From the NCBI GenBank assembly GCA_049606355.1, contig JBMYVL010000004.1, forward strand, positions 60,001 through 92,000: a stretch of DNA of 32,000 nucleotides. Reading direction: 5' to 3'. The translations under genes were made by a program, and so were the position numbers. Below the pieces are notes generated by a model. The model was not told where the DNA came from, searched no databases, and worked only from the letters and a program-made list of their open reading frames with translations. This document shows, piece after piece, positions 29,677 to 32,000 of this stretch (position 1 is the first letter of the stretch; each line of letters starts with the position of its first letter). This DNA is from Opitutales bacterium (GTDB lineage Bacteria > Verrucomicrobiota > Verrucomicrobiia > Opitutales > Coraliomargaritaceae).

Positions 29677-30948
29677 TTAAACGGCAGTGTTTGCCCGTGA
29701 TTCCGTGCGGATCTGCTGAAAGTCTGCGCCGCTTGGGCTTTGGAATGCACGTAATTTGAATTCAGGCAAGATAGACAAGAGGTGGTCGAAGATGTCGCTT
29801 TGAATCGCCTCATAGTTCCCCCAAGCAGTGTCGTTGGTAAAGACGTAGATTTCGATCGGTAAGCCGTTTTCAGTGGGTGCGAGCTGCCGGACCAAAAGCG
29901 TCATCTCTTGATGGATTTTGGGGTGGTTGCGCAAATAGGCGATGCAGTAGGCACGGAAGGTACCGACATTGGTTAAGCGCCGTCCGTTAATTAATTCCGC
30001 AAGGTCATTACCAATGCCCTCGTTGTGTTTCTGAATATCACTCAGTTTGTCTTCGAGGTAGGGGCGTAGGACTTTAATTTGTTTGAAGCGCTCCAGGAGG
30101 GCTGCATCTGCAAACTGAATGCTGCTGAGGTCAATCTGTAGTGCGCGCTTGATACGACGACCACCAGAGTCACTCATGCCGCGCCAGTTTTTAAATGAGT
30201 CGGTGATCAGTCCATACGTAGGGATGGTCGTAATGGTGTTATCCCAATTCTGCACCTTCACTGTGGTGAGTGAAACATCAATGACATCGCCATCCGCGCC
30301 ACGACCTGGCATTTCAATCCAGTCCCCAACCATAACCATATGGTTGATTGAAAGTTGAAACCCGGCGACTAGACCGAGGATGGCATCCTTGAAAATTAAT
30401 AACAGGATAGCGGTGATGGCGCCAAGGCCCGAGAAGAATACCAATGGGGACTTTCCGAGCAGCGCGGATAAGATAAAAATCAGCCCGATGAGATTGATGA
30501 CCAGTTTAGCCGCTTGGGTGAAGCTTTTGGCCGGATAGCGTTTGCCGATTTCACCGTCCTCCCAGACTGCACGCAGAAAGTTCAGAAATGCATCAATGAC
30601 TAGCAGTGCAATGATGATAATATAGGTGTTAACAAAGGTACTTAAGGCCGCCACTGCATTCGTCTGTTGCGCAAACAGTAGGGGGGCGTAAAAATGAATG
30701 ACTGCGACGGGCACAATATGCGAACAGCGTACCAGCACTTTGTGTTGAATCAGTCGGTCGTCCCATTGAACGCGACTTTTTTCGATGAGCGGGTGAATGA
30801 TGGTTCGGATAATCGCTTTAGCTAAGCAGTTCGCCAACAGGGCCAGAGTAATCAGAAAGATGCAGGCACAAACGATACCCAGCGTTTGTGCGATCGACTC
30901 AGTAAGCCCAAGTTGTTGGAGCCAAATAGAGAAAGTAGCTGTGGTCAT
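29677..30948 (-). CDS. MscS-family mechanosensitive channel (YbdG-like)
   Basis: 423 aa with an N-terminal multi-TM region. MscS pore/beta-domain block: ILGLVAGFQLSINHMVMVGDWIEMPGRGADGDVIDVSLTTVKVQNWDNTITTIPTYGL. Confidence 0.85.
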   Translation of the reverse strand: MTTATFSIWLQQLGLTESIAQTLGIVCACIFLITLALLANCLAKAIIRTIIHPLIEKSRVQWDDRLIQHKVLVRCSHIVPVAVIHFYAPLLFAQQTNAVAALSTFVNTYIIIIALLVIDAFLNFLRAVWEDGEIGKRYPAKSFTQAAKLVINLIGLIFILSALLGKSPLVFFSGLGAITAILLLIFKDAILGLVAGFQLSINHMVMVGDWIEMPGRGADGDVIDVSLTTVKVQNWDNTITTIPTYGLITDSFKNWRGMSDSGGRRIKRALQIDLSSIQFADAALLERFKQIKVLRPYLEDKLSDIQKHNEGIGNDLAELINGRRLTNVGTFRAYCIAYLRNHPKIHQEMTLLVRQLAPTENGLPIEIYVFTNDTAWGNYEAIQSDIFDHLLSILPEFKLRAFQSPSGADFQQIRTESRANTAV

Positions 30949-31073
30949 AGAGTACCAATGGGTGTTTCGAGCATAGATGACAATGCTAGACCTTCGCTGC
31001 CTGAAGCCTCTGTATTCGCTGCAGTCGATGTGTTCTTGCTCTGGCGGCTTGAAGTGTCAGTTTGTCATTTAAT

Positions 31074-31805
31074 ATGCGTCTACTTTTCGCGCTTCCCCTT
31101 GCCCTCTATCTATCTGGCGTCTTGTCTGCGCAGTCCGAACGCAGCGAGCTTTGGTGGACTCTGGAGCAATTCAGTCAAACCTACGGCTACAGTCGTGATC
31201 AAGCGGACTTAAAAACAGTCCTGATCGAGGGTCAGTTGATCCAGGAAGGTCAAGCGTATGAATTTACGCTTCGCAAGCGGCGGCCGGACTCGATTCGCTA
31301 TACATTAGCTCGGTTGGAGCACTCCATCACTATCGGCTTCGATGGCGTTGAAGGTTGGCAGCGCATCACTACGGGAGATAAGGTTCAAGTGCGAACCCTG
31401 AACAAACAGGAAGTAGCGATGTTAACCGAGGAGGCTGATTTTGAGGGGCCTTTATTGCGCCACTTGAGGAATTTCAGCGACCGGATTCACTTGCGCGGCA
31501 ACGAACGAGTGGATGGCGAATTAGCTCGTATCGTGGAAATCGACCAAAGGGATGGCAGCAAGCGTCGTTATTTTTTAAGCGAAAGCCGTAATTTAGTTTT
31601 GAGGTACGAACTGTTGAACGCGGCGGGAGCCTGCCTGCTGCAAACCAACTACCGTGACTATCGCTGGATCGAAACGTTTCCCTTTGCCTTTGAGGTCGAG
31701 AATCGAGTCGATGCGCAGTTGATTTCGACGGTAAAAGTCGAACGGGTCCAGGTAAACAAGGATCAAGGCTTACTGAGCATTTATTTCAAAAAGCCTCGTG
31801 GCTAA
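31074..31805 (+). CDS. secreted hypothetical protein (possibly LolA-like fold)
   Basis: Signal peptide MRLLFALPLALYLSGVLSAQ. The beta-rich pattern (..RKRRPDSIRYTL..FDGVEGWQ..RGNERVDGE..YFLSE..LVLRYEL..NYRDYRWIETFPFAF) recalls LolA-like lipoprotein-sorting family proteins, but this is weak. ATG 31074 is preferred over TTG 31062. Confidence 0.55.
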   Translation: MRLLFALPLALYLSGVLSAQSERSELWWTLEQFSQTYGYSRDQADLKTVLIEGQLIQEGQAYEFTLRKRRPDSIRYTLARLEHSITIGFDGVEGWQRITTGDKVQVRTLNKQEVAMLTEEADFEGPLLRHLRNFSDRIHLRGNERVDGELARIVEIDQRDGSKRRYFLSESRNLVLRYELLNAAGACLLQTNYRDYRWIETFPFAFEVENRVDAQLISTVKVERVQVNKDQGLLSIYFKKPRG

Positions 31806-32000
31806 TTTTGAGAGATTGCATCGTCATCTAAATCACCGCGCAGTTGCCGCTCGAGTTTGAGGCGCTCCAACTCTTCCTTTAAAAAGCTTTGAAAACGTTC
31901 GTAGCGGGGGAGTATGCCCCTCGTTTCCAAGAGTTCTTGTTTGAAGTCGGATTGTGGGCAGACTGTCGCGATGGCGAGGTCGAGAACATTTTCCGGTTCT
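31802..32000 (-). CDS. 3' end of a gene running off the window; C-terminus resembles Lon N-terminal (substrate-binding) domain proteins
   Basis: The minus-strand frame is open from the window edge to the TAG at 31802-31804. It encodes ...PENVLDLAIATVCPQSDFKQELLETRGILPRYERFQSFLKEELERLKLERQLRGDLDDDAISQN. The KQxLLET...R...L..EL pattern is typical of LON-N domain ends. It is missing from the ORF track because its start lies outside the window. Confidence 0.4.
   Translation of the reverse strand, partial: EPENVLDLAIATVCPQSDFKQELLETRGILPRYERFQSFLKEELERLKLERQLRGDLDDDAISQN

Noticed and set aside
1-32000. CRISPR arrays, IS elements or transposases, integrases, prophage genes, toxin-antitoxin pairs or known defence systems
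   Set aside because: I saw no spaced repeat arrays, terminal inverted repeats or recombinase-like ORFs. Every long ORF has a plausible housekeeping or metabolic assignment. PIN-PhoH2 is the only toxin-like domain, and it has no adjacent antitoxin-sized ORF.

Overview
This looks like an ordinary chromosomal window: about 27 densely packed CDS of mostly core metabolism and housekeeping. Reading by eye I found no rRNA, tRNA, CRISPR array, transposase, integrase or obvious defence genes. All homology calls rest on motif recognition from memory, not on searches.

The main feature is a roughly 12 kb bidirectional cluster (17.9-29.7 kb) that appears to encode the whole succinate-to-propionate (methylmalonyl-CoA) route.
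- Minus strand: mutA, mutB and a PduO-type adenosyltransferase.
- Plus strand, diverging from a 149 bp AT-rich control region: methylmalonyl-CoA epimerase, a four-subunit Na+-pumping methylmalonyl-CoA decarboxylase (carboxyltransferase, OadG-like subunit, biotin carrier, beta pump), a succinate/propionate-type CoA-transferase and the MeaB G-protein chaperone.

The rest of the window contains:
- a DUF362-like ORF and an isolated nuoA;
- a PTS-EIIA-like / pyruvate-kinase-C-like / diadenylate-cyclase fusion protein;
- alr, tsaB and a stand-alone 5S-type (OadA-like) carboxyltransferase with no biotin domain;
- menD-menB;
- a translationally coupled rnc-mfd-parvulin operon;
- a PIN-PhoH2 ATPase, a GT1 glycosyltransferase and an ACT-domain protein;
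- a YbdG-like MscS channel, a secreted hypothetical protein and the 3' end of a Lon-N-domain-like gene.

I did not find a convincing new multi-gene system. The items most worth follow-up are:
- the EIIA-DAC fusion, whose RHR motif reads RHA;
- the orphan 5S carboxyltransferase, which could share the single biotin carrier with the decarboxylase;
- the repeat-bearing AT-rich divergent promoter region;
- the near absence of Shine-Dalgarno sequences, with one gene as the exception.
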